Shown one piece after another: positions 38,693 to 50,075 of a stretch of 64,000 nt of DNA. Source of the DNA: Macrostomum lignano (taxonomy: Eukaryota); NCBI GenBank assembly GCA_002269645.1, contig NIVC01001059.1:305370-369369 (forward strand), in the 5' to 3' direction. A program made the translations under genes and the position numbers. Within the stretch, counting starts at the first letter, position 1; each line of letters opens with the position of its first letter. Under the pieces are notes generated by a model. The model ran no database searches, was not told where the DNA came from, and worked only from the letters and a program-made list of their open reading frames with translations.

Positions 38693-39626
38693 TTCGAGGT
38701 GTGTTTTGTGTTGTGTGTTTTGTGTGTGTTGTCTGTTCTAAGAGATGCCTTAAGTTCGACAGTGTCTTGTTTAATTGCATGGGACGGTTTCAATCCAGTC
38801 ATGCGTGTTACTTCATTGTTCAGTTGCTCTATAACAGTGGGGAGGCGGTCTGTCCATTTTGTATAGTACTGGCCACTTTTTAGTTTGAAACGGTGAAGAG
38901 TTTGTATTGACGTTGATCATTGAGAGAATGTAAGAAAAAAATTACAATTGCAAACTACAAAACAAAACTACAAATTACAACTGCCTTATAACTTCAGCGA
39001 AGTTATAGTAGCTGTCGTAATCTTTTACGTAGGTTACTCCATACTTATGAAACCAGTGAGATTTAAGTGCTTGACTAATATTAGGGACATTGATATCAAC
39101 GCCGGGCCAATATTTTCTCATGTACTCGCTGCATTCTAGTTTGAATCGGTACTTACTCTTGTAATTAGGCTCGTGCACTTTGTAATAAGAACCTGGAGAG
39201 ACAACTGGAAACATTTTTAGAGAAAATTTAATTTTTTTTCGGAGGATGAGCACCCTGCGCTGAGGATTTAAAGTCTTAGGGATCTGATTTCGCGAATTGA
39301 ATGTGGGGAGAAGAATGCAGATTATTTTCTGATTGTTTCGAAGATGCTATGGGTGGATGTTAGTGGATTATGTAGGACACCTGTTATGCTCTGATTCTGG
39401 GATAATATGGATGGATTTGGGTGGATTATGGATGACTTTTTGTGAGCGAGTGCGACCCTCTGATTCAGGGATAATATGGATGGATTTAATGGGATTATAT
39501 TTGAAGTTTTCAAAGCGAGTGCGACCCCCCTTTTTCTGATTCTGTCGGGGATAATATAGATGGATTTAATGGGATTATGGAGGACGTGAAAAATTTTGTC
39601 CCAGAAGCACCCTCATGCATTCTACT

Positions 39627-40171
39627 TCTTCTTCTTCTTCCGTCCTCCATTCCTCCGCGATGGTACATTTTTTACATTTCCACTGCGTCTTACCGGTCTT
39701 GATCTTGTCTTGCTTCGCCCGGGTAAGGCCTGTGCAACTGCCATGGTACTGACATCCGCAGTTAGCGCACTCAATCGGTTTGGTCCCCGTAGCAATTTTC
39801 TTGCCGCACCGGTTACACGGTCCGGAGTTCACTTCGACGTCTCCAGCCTGTACAAGTCTAGCCGCTGTCCACCATTTTTCCATCCTTTTTATTTGGTTTT
39901 CGGGTTCTTTGTTATTTTTGATAGGTTTTTGTCGTTTAAAGAATTCTGAACATTTGGATCTGGATGTGCGCCGTTTTCCTTCGAACTGCTTAACTAATGC
40001 AACGGCTTGGTGACGCTCCGTTTCAATCCGAGTGTTCGTGTATCCGACGGTGATCAGATCGTCGGCTCCCGTCCGCCGCGTAGAGGCCCCCGGATTATAG
40101 GACAGGCTGTTGCTGTTGTTAAGGTCAACAAGACAAGCTGTTGACAAGAGGTTTTTTGTCTCCCACCTCAT
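39627..40171 (-). mobile_element. 5' part of the same LINE ORF: 2A-like motif and PHD1
   Basis: RLVQAGDVEVNSGP followed by CNRCGKK...CANCGCQYHGSC...WKCKKC. Removing the Polinton and one TSD fuses this in frame to EFKNRREQ...PHD2-APE. Confidence 0.85.
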
Positions 40172-40600
40172 CAGTGAAATGTGTTTTCTGATCGGTAAAA
40201 TTCAGATCACTGAAAAAAGTTTTGTTTTAAAAAGAAAATCAAAGATGGCAAGTGTCATCCACATAGCGTTTGTGGTATCTCGGAGCAGTTTCTAACTTCA
40301 TACGTACATTTTCATATGTCAAGCTTGAATTAAGACCAAAAATACTTGAATTCGTATCCATAAAACACAAACCTAGTCTCAATGTTCAACTGCAATACGG
40401 TTATTCTAAGTAACCTGACCACATTACGGAACTTCCCTCCCCCTGACATGTCCTCTTGGATCCTGCAGCCAAATCTTTAGCATTTAATTAAATGTTGAAA
40501 TATTCCTGTTTCTGTCTAGTTTATTAAATAAAAATTTAAATAAACAGTCAATCGCCCTGAAAATGAGCAAATGTAGTCCAAATGCATCGGAAATTAATAA

Positions 40601-43600
40601 ATAAATGTTGATAAGATCTATGACGAGCCTATAGAAGACACAGAGCCGCTTGTTTCCTTTCAAAGCAACCAAGAGAAGCAACTTGCAGTTAACGAACCAT
40701 TGAAAAAAGCAACTGATTTTGAAAGGCTCACTCCAGGCACCATCGAGTGGGTGAAGCCCGGTGATGTCTTCAAGATCAACGGTCAGCTGATTATTGTTGA
40801 AGAGGTACAGCATGCACCCAATAACGTATATGAATTTAAAGCGATTCATTGCACTAAAAACAAGAAACAGTCCAAATTTACACTTTTCAAAGACAAGAGA
40901 GTATCAAGAGAAAATTTCACGGTCAATGTGATCAAATCGAAAAGTACACACCGTCTGCAGCCCGATTGCCAGCTCGCTCTTTTCCCAACGTCCCATTGCC
41001 ACCCGCCTAAGGATGTTGTCCAAAGAGCTCGCAGCCGCCTGAACGAAATTCAGAGTGACTCGTCACTTTTCGTCAAGTGGTGCAAGATGAAGGACCCAAC
41101 CCACTGTTCCGAGATCCTTGTGCCGATCTTCGTGTCAGACGACCACGAAATCCACGAGGTGAAAGTTAAAGACCACCTGAATTTGCAGCATGTTGCTGGC
41201 CCACTTCACGGAGAGGTTTCAAATATCGACAACCTGAGTGACGAATCGCTGCTGCTAACGATGTGCATTCAAACTAGCAGGATGCGATCCGTTCCATTGG
41301 TTCGAATCGAAGAGAAGGAGCTTCTCGCCCCCGTTCCGGTAGTAGCGTCAGTTCCCCAGTGCGTGGACGAGGAGGAACTTCTCGCCAGGGTTGAAATCCT
41401 GGACAGACTTGTGTTCAGCAAAGACATCTCTACCCTGGCATTCTGCCGACTGCTTACTAATCCGAATCTTCGTGATAGCGCATGGGGTGAGCAGGTGGCG
41501 ATGCTCCCAGACACCGAAGCTAAAGTAAGTCCTCTCTGCAAAAGCACGAGTCCAGAAAGTTTAAAAATCGGCAGCATCATTTCAATCGATGGAGCATACA
41601 CAGTGGTCATCGCAGTTCGCTGTGGTGCTGATAGAGTCCATGTAAAGATGGTGCAGTATGGAGCTCAGTCATTGGATGAAGATGAAACAGAGCGCCAGAT
41701 CAAGTACATAATCAAGAAAAGAGAGACGGACACACAGCTCAGCGTACACAATGAGATTAAAAAGGATTGCCCTCTGTACCACCCTGTTCTTGGGCCACAA
41801 GGTTTATATGCAGAAGAAGCATTGACGCCTATTTTACTTCAAAGCCTGAAGAAGGGTGATGTGATTCGAATAAGCTCGCGCTGGATCATTGTTGAAGATT
41901 CGGAATTCGCAAATGGCTCGTGCACTGTGGTCGCTATTTTCTACGACAAAAGAAAGCTTCTCGAGACAAACATGGTAATTGTACATGATCTCCAACCGTA
42001 CGGTCACTGCCCAACTTCTTGGGCAAACTGCCTCCACCAGAGTCTGTAAGGGTGGACCCCAAGGCGGAGTCCTCACCCCGACGCTCTGGAACCTGGTCAT
42101 GGACGCTCTTTTGAGTGACTCCCGACCCGACCCCGTCTTCAAAGTCGGGTATGCTGATGACGTCACGGCCATTGTGGCAGGACCGTCTCCCAGCACGCTC
42201 AGGGATCTGATGCAGAGATTTATCCGCAAAGCAGAATCCTGGCCAATGACAATGGTCTGGAACTCTCTGAGCCCAAAACCGTTGCCATTATGTTTACCAG
42301 CAGACTACGCTGGAACATACGTCCTCTGCAGCTCTACGGCAGAGATATTGCCTTCGCGCACCAGACCAGATGTCTCGGGGTCATACTTGACCACCGGCTC
42401 AACTGGTCCTCCCACGTGAAAGCAAAAGCCAAGCGTGCCTCAGCCATCCTGGCCCAGCTCCGACGAGCACTTGGCACTTCTTGGGGTCTATCCCCAAAGC
42501 GGCTTTGGTGGATCTATACTTCTGTAGTTAGACCTGCCATTACGTACGCCTCTGTTGTCTGGGTTAGCGCTACCCAGGTCAAAAGCCATGCAGACCTGCT
42601 CAACACGATCCAAGGCAGAGCGTGTAGGCTCATCTGCAACGCCACCAGGTCCACGCCCTTTGCTGGCATGGGGGCCTTCCTTAATCTTCCGCCTCTTGAC
42701 CTCTTCATCAGGGGTGAGGCGGCTAGAACGACGCGGCGTCTAATTGATGCCGGCGTCAAATTCATTTACATGAGAGCACCTGCTAAGCGGAACCTTGTCC
42801 CGCATAGCGATCTGTGCCTCAACTTTCTCAACGAGTGTCAGGCCAATCGCGTCTTCACCGATGGCATTGCCTCAACGCTCAACCTGAGACAGCGCTACTC
42901 CGTAGCTATCGACTCGCGCGATAACATCAATGACCATTGGAACCCTGGTGAGCTTCATTGCTACACCGACGGTTCTAAGCAGTCAGCCAACACCGGCTTT
43001 GGTGTTGGAATCTTTCTGAACGGGAGGGTCATCGCTACCCACGCTCAATACACTGGGGTCAACTCCAGTGTTTTCCAAAATGAAGTTCTGGCCATCAGCT
43101 CCTGCACTGCAGAGCTTCTCGCCACTGGCGTTACTGGTAAGAACATCATTTTCCATTCGGACAGCCAAGCTGCCTTGCACGCCATCAGTGGCTGCAGCAC
43201 CAACTCTGCTACAGTCCTTGACTGTATCAAACTCCTCAATGTGTTGGGTTCCGCCAACAAAATTACCCTTAAGTGGGTTCCGGGGCATGTGGGGATCCGA
43301 GGAAATGAGTTGGCTGACACCCTTGCAAAAGTTGGTGCCTCCGGCTCCTCTCTCGGCCCCGAACCTCTTGTCCCGATTCCTGGCTGCGTCATCGACTCGC
43401 GCATCAAAGCGTGGATCAGGACTCAGCACCGCTCGACTTGGGCGAACCGCACGAACTGCAGGCAATCCAGAGGCGCTGTCCCTCAGCCCTCTCACCAGCT
43501 CCGGAAGCTCCTCTTGCGCCTCTCGCGCAGAGACATCCGGGCTGCCACCATGACCCTCTCTGGTCACGGCTGCTTCTCCAGGCACCAGCACCTGCAGGGC

Positions 43601-46600
43601 AACGCCACCAACGCCACCTGTAGCTTCTGCAACTCAGGTGACGAAACCGCTGAGCATTTCGTCAGCATCTGTCCCGCCTTCACGCGGGCCAGACTCACTT
43701 ACCTCGGGCCACACACATCTATTACTGAAGCGTGCAAACCCGAAAACTTTAATCAGCTCATGCGCTACCTTCGGGCCACCCGCAGGGCTGAACTCTCCTT
43801 TCCAGAGAGCACCATAGCTGCTGGCGACACTGGGGGACCTCCCTGGGCGGCGCCAACCCTCCGTCCATAGCGACGCGTCGGCCGTTCAGGGACTAGCGGA
43901 ATGGGCGCCCGCGCCTTCCCGCTGTGTCCCCTCCGGGACAGCCCTGCAGCTAAGTCAAGTAAGTCAACAGGGTAATTAGACATACTCTTAACTTTAGGGT
44001 TATAAACCCTAGTAAGCAAGTTGAACCAGAGGGCTGGCTTTGTCGCTATGCTGAGGCCTGGTGCTTCGACCCAGACATTGTGATCAAAAGAGCTCATAGT
44101 CGACTTAACGAGAGTCAGTACTCACTGATCTCTAATAACGGAGAGAATTTTGTGAAATGGTGCAAGACAAAGTGTTCCAGTCACAGGCCAGAGTGCCTTG
44201 TCCCAATTTACTTGCCCAATGAGCACACTCACTCGGTGAAAGTTGGAGATCATCTGAACTTCACATGTGATAGTGGTACAAAGCTCCATGGAGAAGTGAC
44301 TGAGGTGACAGAGTTGAAGTCGAAGCAGAATATTCTACTCTGCATGAACGCGATAAAGCCGAAGTCAATGTGCTGTGTGCAAAAAAGTGAGCTCACTCTT
44401 GTCGGCGCTGTGAGCGTCATTGTAACGGCCCCACTGTCCGTCAGTGAAGCAGAGCTGTCGCAGCGAGTTCTGTTTATCGATAATTTGGCTTTCAAAGGAA
44501 CAGAAAGCTCAATGAATATCTGCCGTTTTCTAACTAAATCAAAACTTGAGCTTGAAGACTGGAAGGACGTAATCTGCCGCAGTCAGCCCTTCAAAGATGC
44601 AGCAACTGAGCAGACTATTCTCTGCCGCCAAAGATGTCCAGATCAGTTGAAAGTTGGCAATATAATATTTCTGGATGGTGTGTACCGAGTTGTTGCCGAA
44701 ATCCACCTTTGTGATGCTGAAGCAGCTGGACGATTTAAGATCGTGACTGTTCAATATGACTTGAGTCTGACAGAGAGTGGTGTGTCAAAGCTGAAGTACG
44801 CGATTCGAGCAGAGGAGACGGAAGCCGTGCTGTGCGTTCACAACAATCCAAGTTTGGACTGCATCTTACACGGTGCTGGAAGAGATATGCCAATGTATAC
44901 ATCTAATAAAGTTTACGATGTACGAACCATTTCACAGGGCTGTGTCATTTCGATGAGAAGAAGGTTTCTGCAGTATCAGCATTCCGTGGTTGTCAGTGAT
45001 CCTACACTGGAAGGAGATAGCGGATCAGCTCAGTCCTGTGCTTCATTGGAGGTTATTGAATACGCGATGAAGCTTACTAGCAGAAATGAAGTTGTGAAAG
45101 ATAAAATTCGAGTCGATGTTTCAAAGCAGGAAGTCTACCTCATCAAGTATGATAAAATCTGTGAAGAAAAGAAATACTCTCCAGACAAAGTGATTGAGAG
45201 AGCCCACTCAAGGCTGGGGGAAAAGCAGCACAACACACAATGGAACAACAGTCGGGATTTCGCTCGCTGGTGCAGCCTTCAGCACCCAAGCAACAGGGAG
45301 CAGTGCAGGATTCCAGTTACATCGGCTCAGCAGCTGGTCGATTTCAAAAGAGGTCACGTTAAGTTTCGTAAGTCGCCAGAAATTTATACCCACGACGCTG
45401 TAATGAGAGACTGCACAGCAGTTGAAGGTTGCAGCGACATCGTCAGGGTTACTCTGTATGAAAATAACCATGAGCAGCGTAGAGTGAGGCTCGAGGACTT
45501 AACCATCGATAAAGGTGAGAGCTTGATTCGTCGGGTGAATTACGAAGGCAATAAGGAATTCGCCACCGATGAGTTCAGCATCTTGAAGGACCTGATTGAT
45601 TGCACTTTTCTGAATGCCGATGATGACGTTAAAGGATGGACGGGGCAAGAGAAAAAGTGTGGCAGTCGAGTCACCAGCCGAGACTTCTGTTATTGGCTCA
45701 AAACTACGAAAAAAGAACTCTGCAGCATTAAATACTTGTTTGAAAAAAACCTTGAAACCATGCAGAAAAAAATGGCGAAACTGTGCTGCGAAGGCGTCCT
45801 ATATGACAATACGGATGAGCAAAGACGTCTGAGAATCGAAATCGAGCATGGAGTAGACAGGCGCGACTTAAGACTTCATGACCACATCATTCTGAACCGT
45901 ACGGTAGATGAAAAAGTAAAAGAAGTTCATTTTATCCTAGTTGAGTGGAACGAGGAGACACACACTGGTGTCGGTGTGACGTACGAGTTTCCACCAGAAC
46001 CTACTGGAATTGGATTTATGAAGTTCAATGGATTTCTTCGAGTGAGCGGCCCTAATCAGATGGATAAGGTCGTTCACAACTCGGAGCCTGACTGGAATGA
46101 GATTGATGACAGGTTCAACACCCTAAGGGGCATCAAGGAGTACCACCTCTTGCGCAACAATTGCGAGCACTTTGTAAATTTTTTGATTTATGGCCGCGGT
46201 AGCTGCCTTCAGCTGAGCAAGCGGGTCTGGCAGATCGCCCACACGTTACCGAGCGCTATTCAAAACCTAGCTTCCTCCGTGACTCGAGTACTGCGAATGG
46301 CCGTCGCTGTAGTGCTGAGAGCGAATCCAACCATGGGAGAAGCATTTTCGTTTATTCCAGACATCCTCGCAGCCGAAGGTGGAAGCATCGCTTTGATCGG
46401 CATTGTGAATTTTGTTGCCTGGCTACTGCTTCGACATCGCCGCGCAAACAGTGGGATGTCCCTTCAGGAGTACCAGGAGAGAAGGCTGGGCATCCTGTGC
46501 CGCGCACTTATTCCCATCGCGGGAAGCATCGCAGTAGCACTCATCACATTCTTCAACCCTTTCTCGGCAGGCCTGACTGGCGCAGGTGTCGGTGTTGGTG

Positions 46601-46671
46601 TCACGACCTTCGGAATTGCCTGTGCCATACCGAAGCTGCTGGTTATTATCAAGGCCTGGAGGCATCCGTAG
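40601..46671 (+). pseudogene. Large tandem LRAT/PLAAT-like (permuted NlpC/P60) repeat protein with C-terminal hydrophobic segments, interrupted by a LINE
   Basis: Joining 40700-41980 to 43978-46671 gives one stop-free 1,324-codon frame, open upstream to 40601. Repeated V-x-x-RA-x-SRL...F-x-x-WC motifs and a final YHLLRNNCEHFVNF. Two or three hydrophobic helices at the C-terminus. No in-frame ATG at the 5' end (possible acceptor at 40615, or ATG 40563 with a 1-nt indel). Confidence 0.75.
41981..43970 (+). mobile_element. 5'-truncated LOA/R1-group LINE (RT C-terminal part, RNase H, Cys/His motif)
   Basis: TSD GGTAATT at 41974-41980 and 43971-43977. RT: PQGGVLTPTLW, GYADD. RNase H: YTDGSK, VFQNEVLAI, SDSQAAL, WVPGHVGIRGNELAD. 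Then CSFC...ETAEHF..CP. Short-repeat 3' tail AAGTCAAGTAAGTCAA. Confidence 0.93.
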
Positions 46672-48076
46672 GCTCGCTAACCCCATGCTTCCAAAGTAGT
46701 GACAAGTCGACTCAAGCTGAAACATCAAAAGCTGAAGACTAAAACAGTGCTGCCATTTGCCACTCATCTGCGAGGCCTGCCGCGTGCTAATTTATTTTAA
46801 TTGTGGTTTGCGCTTGCACTTTTGGCTTGTGCACCTGGTTCGTATCTTTCCTGTTTACACGCTCCAGTGTACAGCACGGTCTTTTTTATCCTGGGTTTGT
46901 GGGTTGGTGTTTGCTTGTGCTTTCGATTACTTCGTGCAGTGCATAAAAAAGATTCAGATATTTCAGATCATCTTTTCAGCCTTTGCGTGACACTACGCTC
47001 GTATATTGTACTCGAGAACACAATGTGACGGTTTTATAATTCTGTAATTAGAAGAAAATGTATGTAAAAAAACTATGTGCTTAATCTATTCTAGGTTTCA
47101 AATAATATGTTACTTTGTTTAATTGGACTCCGTTTCCAAGAAATTCGACTCGTATTTAAGCATGCTACTTATCCTCTTCTGTAAGCGTGTGGCAGCCTTG
47201 GACGTAGATCAATCAGTTTAACATTTTAAAACCGCAGCACGTTGTGATAAATAATCATAGTCGATCAAAATAAGAACTATTTCTTATACAATAGCGAATC
47301 GTCCGGGCCTGACAGGCGTAGCTACTTAAACATACGCTACTAATAGTAGCGCACTCTAGTCTCCTTCGCTAAGTACATTTATTTATTTGTTTAATCCTAA
47401 ATAATATCAAAATATCACCATATTACTATTAGTACTAAATTAATCATAAGTATACTAGATTAGCATATTTTTGAAAATGTACCCTGTCAGTTTGACAGAC
47501 TTCCCGCCTCTTGCTTGTTCTGTGTACGAGTTACCAGCCTGGATTGTAGGTGATTTTTTGTTTCGTTATCATTCACTAATTTTGAATTCTATATCTTTTA
47601 TCCAAAATTATTTTAATAATTAGTAGACTATAAATTTTAGTAATCACTAACTTACAATGTGACAGCAATTGACTGAAATTTCAATGAAATAAATTGTATA
47701 ATCCGCTAATTTTACCTGATAAATGAGGATTTGTAATCAGCTGATTTGTGCTAGCCGTCTTAGGAACTCAAAAACCCTGCCTTGCTGTGGACATCACCCC
47801 AGCAAGGCAAACTATTTGCACATTCAGCACAATTAGTTTTGGTCATTGTTCCACAACATATAGTTATTACCCCATGTAGAAATGTCATAACGTGACTGCT
47901 TTTTATAATTATTATTTATTCTTGCCTCCCTGTCTTTGCATTTAGAGCGAAAAATGGTGAAATAATGACGTCTCTGCTGGGCAAAGTACACACAGTACTC
48001 GTATTTTTTCTGCCATTATTCAAACTCTGCTACCATGCTAAACAATCTGCCATTGCAAAGTACTCAGCGTAATTAC

Positions 48077-48273
48077 CAATCAGGAGCGGCTCCTTGCTTT
48101 TGTCCTTGAACTCCAGAATCAGCGGCAGCGTCCTGTCTGCGGGGCTCAGGCGTCTGGTATAGTTGATCATCCGCAGGGCGTCCTCCAGTGGCTGTTTCTG
48201 CATTGGAAAGAGTGGCTGTTGAAGTCTGGAAGTCCACAAGTACAGCAAGTTGTCTCTGGCGGAGTGGCCCATG
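48077..48273 (-). other. Isolated exon-like segment of an unidentified gene
   Basis: AG acceptor at 48275-48274, ATG one base later, GTAATT donor at 48076. Open frame MGHSARDNLLYLWTSRLQQPLFPMQKQPLEDALRMINY...EPLLIG, GC-richer than its flanks. No family recognised. Confidence 0.3.
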
Positions 48274-48711
48274 CTTCAATCTTATTACGCAAACGAATAA
48301 ACTTCAAAAGTAGGCGACATTTGGTACCTGAAGTCGCTTCATATCGGCCAAAAGTTCACAACGTCAGAATGAGCAAAATGTCGGCCCCTTGATTACTCAA
48401 AATGCCGACGCTTCGCATTGTCAAAATTTGGCATCTTCAAAGTTCCACAAAATCGAAACTTCAAAAGTCGTGCCCTTTTTGAACTATCGACGCTTATGAA
48501 GGGGCCGACATGCTCGCTTTTTCGACGATGCGAAAGAAAGTATCATTCGACGTTATAGAATTTGGAGGATATGATCAGGCGAGGCCCGGTACATCACTGG
48601 CCTACATAAGCCTTGTCAGATAACTTCACAGGCATTTAAAAAATTATGAAACTACAAAAACTATCAGTTCTACAAAGCTTAAATTTCTGAATCGTTGAAT
48701 CTAGAAAGCGA

Positions 48712-49009
48712 TAATACACCTGCTCCGATTGGGCCAGATGTGCAACTGACAGCTCAGCCGCAGCTATTGCGTGGCGCATCTGACGGCTGCATACGGCTAT
48801 TCAGTCCACGGACTGGAGGTCGCCACACACACTCTCTCAATTACCCCAGCTAATGCTGGCACCCATTTTACAGCAGGGTGAACTCAACTTCTGAGGCAAT
48901 GCAGAGTTAAATGTCTTGCTTAAAGACACAAATTGTTCCAGTGAGATCGAGAATCGAACCGACGACCTACAAGTCGTGAGTCCGACGCTCTAACCACTAA
49001 GCTACAACC
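48712..49009 (-). mobile_element. tRNA-derived SINE
   Basis: 5' head GGTTGTAGCTTAGTGGTTAGAGCG with A box (TAGCTTAGTGG) and B box (GGTTCGATTC). Body GTGTCTTTAAGCAAGACATTTAACTC...CACCCTGCTGTAAAATGGGTGCC resembles conserved central SINE domains (V/Meta/Nin type). Confidence 0.8.
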
Positions 49010-49868
49010 CCCTAAGGCATAGAATTTGGAGGTTTTGAGGCGACACCCGGTACTTCACTGGCCTGCACAAGCCTCAAACGAGTTCACACAGTCACAGGTA
49101 TTGAAGATTTATGAAACTGCAGAAAAATATCATTCTAACAAAGCTTAAAACCTCTGAATCTTTGAATCTAGGAATAAAGCGTATTCCACAAACCAAATAT
49201 AATACTGGCTCGACCCGAGGATCCCAAGCTGACCGTATTTGCGTCCCGAAGCTGAATCTCCCGACGAGGAATGCGAAGCCTCTCAGCAATCTTCAGCTTC
49301 AGATTGCCAACGTAGAACCAATTGCACAACTCGGAAATGCGAAAGTCGCTTGCTGGTGCAGCCATGGTCAATTTTAAATTGAATTGCAAAGCAGAACTAG
49401 CTCGTAATATATTGAAAACTGACTATATCAATGAATTATACACTCGTATGTGCAGATGTGTCGATTTGGAAAAAAGTATAAAGGGGCAAGCAAATTTTAA
49501 ACCGACTATGAAAGATGGTGCCGGGTGGGGGCATAGACATCATGCAACTTTCTCAATGAAAATCACTTGAGGGACACATCCGGACCTTATTGTTCCTCTT
49601 TCTTTCTAAAAATTCTGAATCCATAATTAACAGTCCCGATTTTTTACGAATAACGATTGCCAATTGTTATACCAAATCTTAGAGCTGTACTCGTACAGTA
49701 GAAAATATTGAGTAAAAGACCGCAAGGACACGTACCGATTCAATGAAATTTTTGAAGGGTTTCGAAACATTATTCATGGAACTGAAAAAAGGATTGTAAT
49801 GTACGCAATGCTTACATGTGTAGTAACGTTTGATTTAATGCCAATTTTCCAATTTTTTTGTTGCTGTT

Positions 49869-50075
49869 CAGGGGCGTAGGCAGTGGGATAGGGGGGGGGG
49901 GTGCATCCCCCCCCCCCGAAAAGCCTGACCAAAACTTTTTTGTTGCCCTTTGTTGCTATACATGCTACCAGTACCATGTGACTCTGTCATAGCAGTTTTA
50001 CCTTGGTGTATCCCCCCGTAGAAAATTCACCTTGGTGTACCCCCCCCCCGTAGAAAATTCCTGGCGACGCCCCTG
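49869..50075. mobile_element. hAT-type MITE (207 bp)
   Basis: Termini CAGGGGCGT / ACGCCCCTG. 8-bp TSD TTGCTGTT / TTGCTGTC (7 of 8 match). Confidence 0.8.

Larger units (their letters stand above)
36133..39626. mobile_element. Internally deleted Polinton/Maverick (adintovirus-like) element, 3,494 bp
   Basis: Begins AGTAGAATGC and ends GCATTCTACT. TIRs exceed 100 bp and carry ~70-bp subrepeats. Perfect 6-bp TSD TCTTCT (36127-36132, 39627-39632). Contains retroviral-type integrase, PLA2-like gene and penton-like fragment. Confidence 0.92.

Noticed and set aside
48935-49009. Functional tRNA gene
   Set aside because: A and B boxes are present, but the anticodon and acceptor stems do not pair, and the sequence continues into a SINE body.
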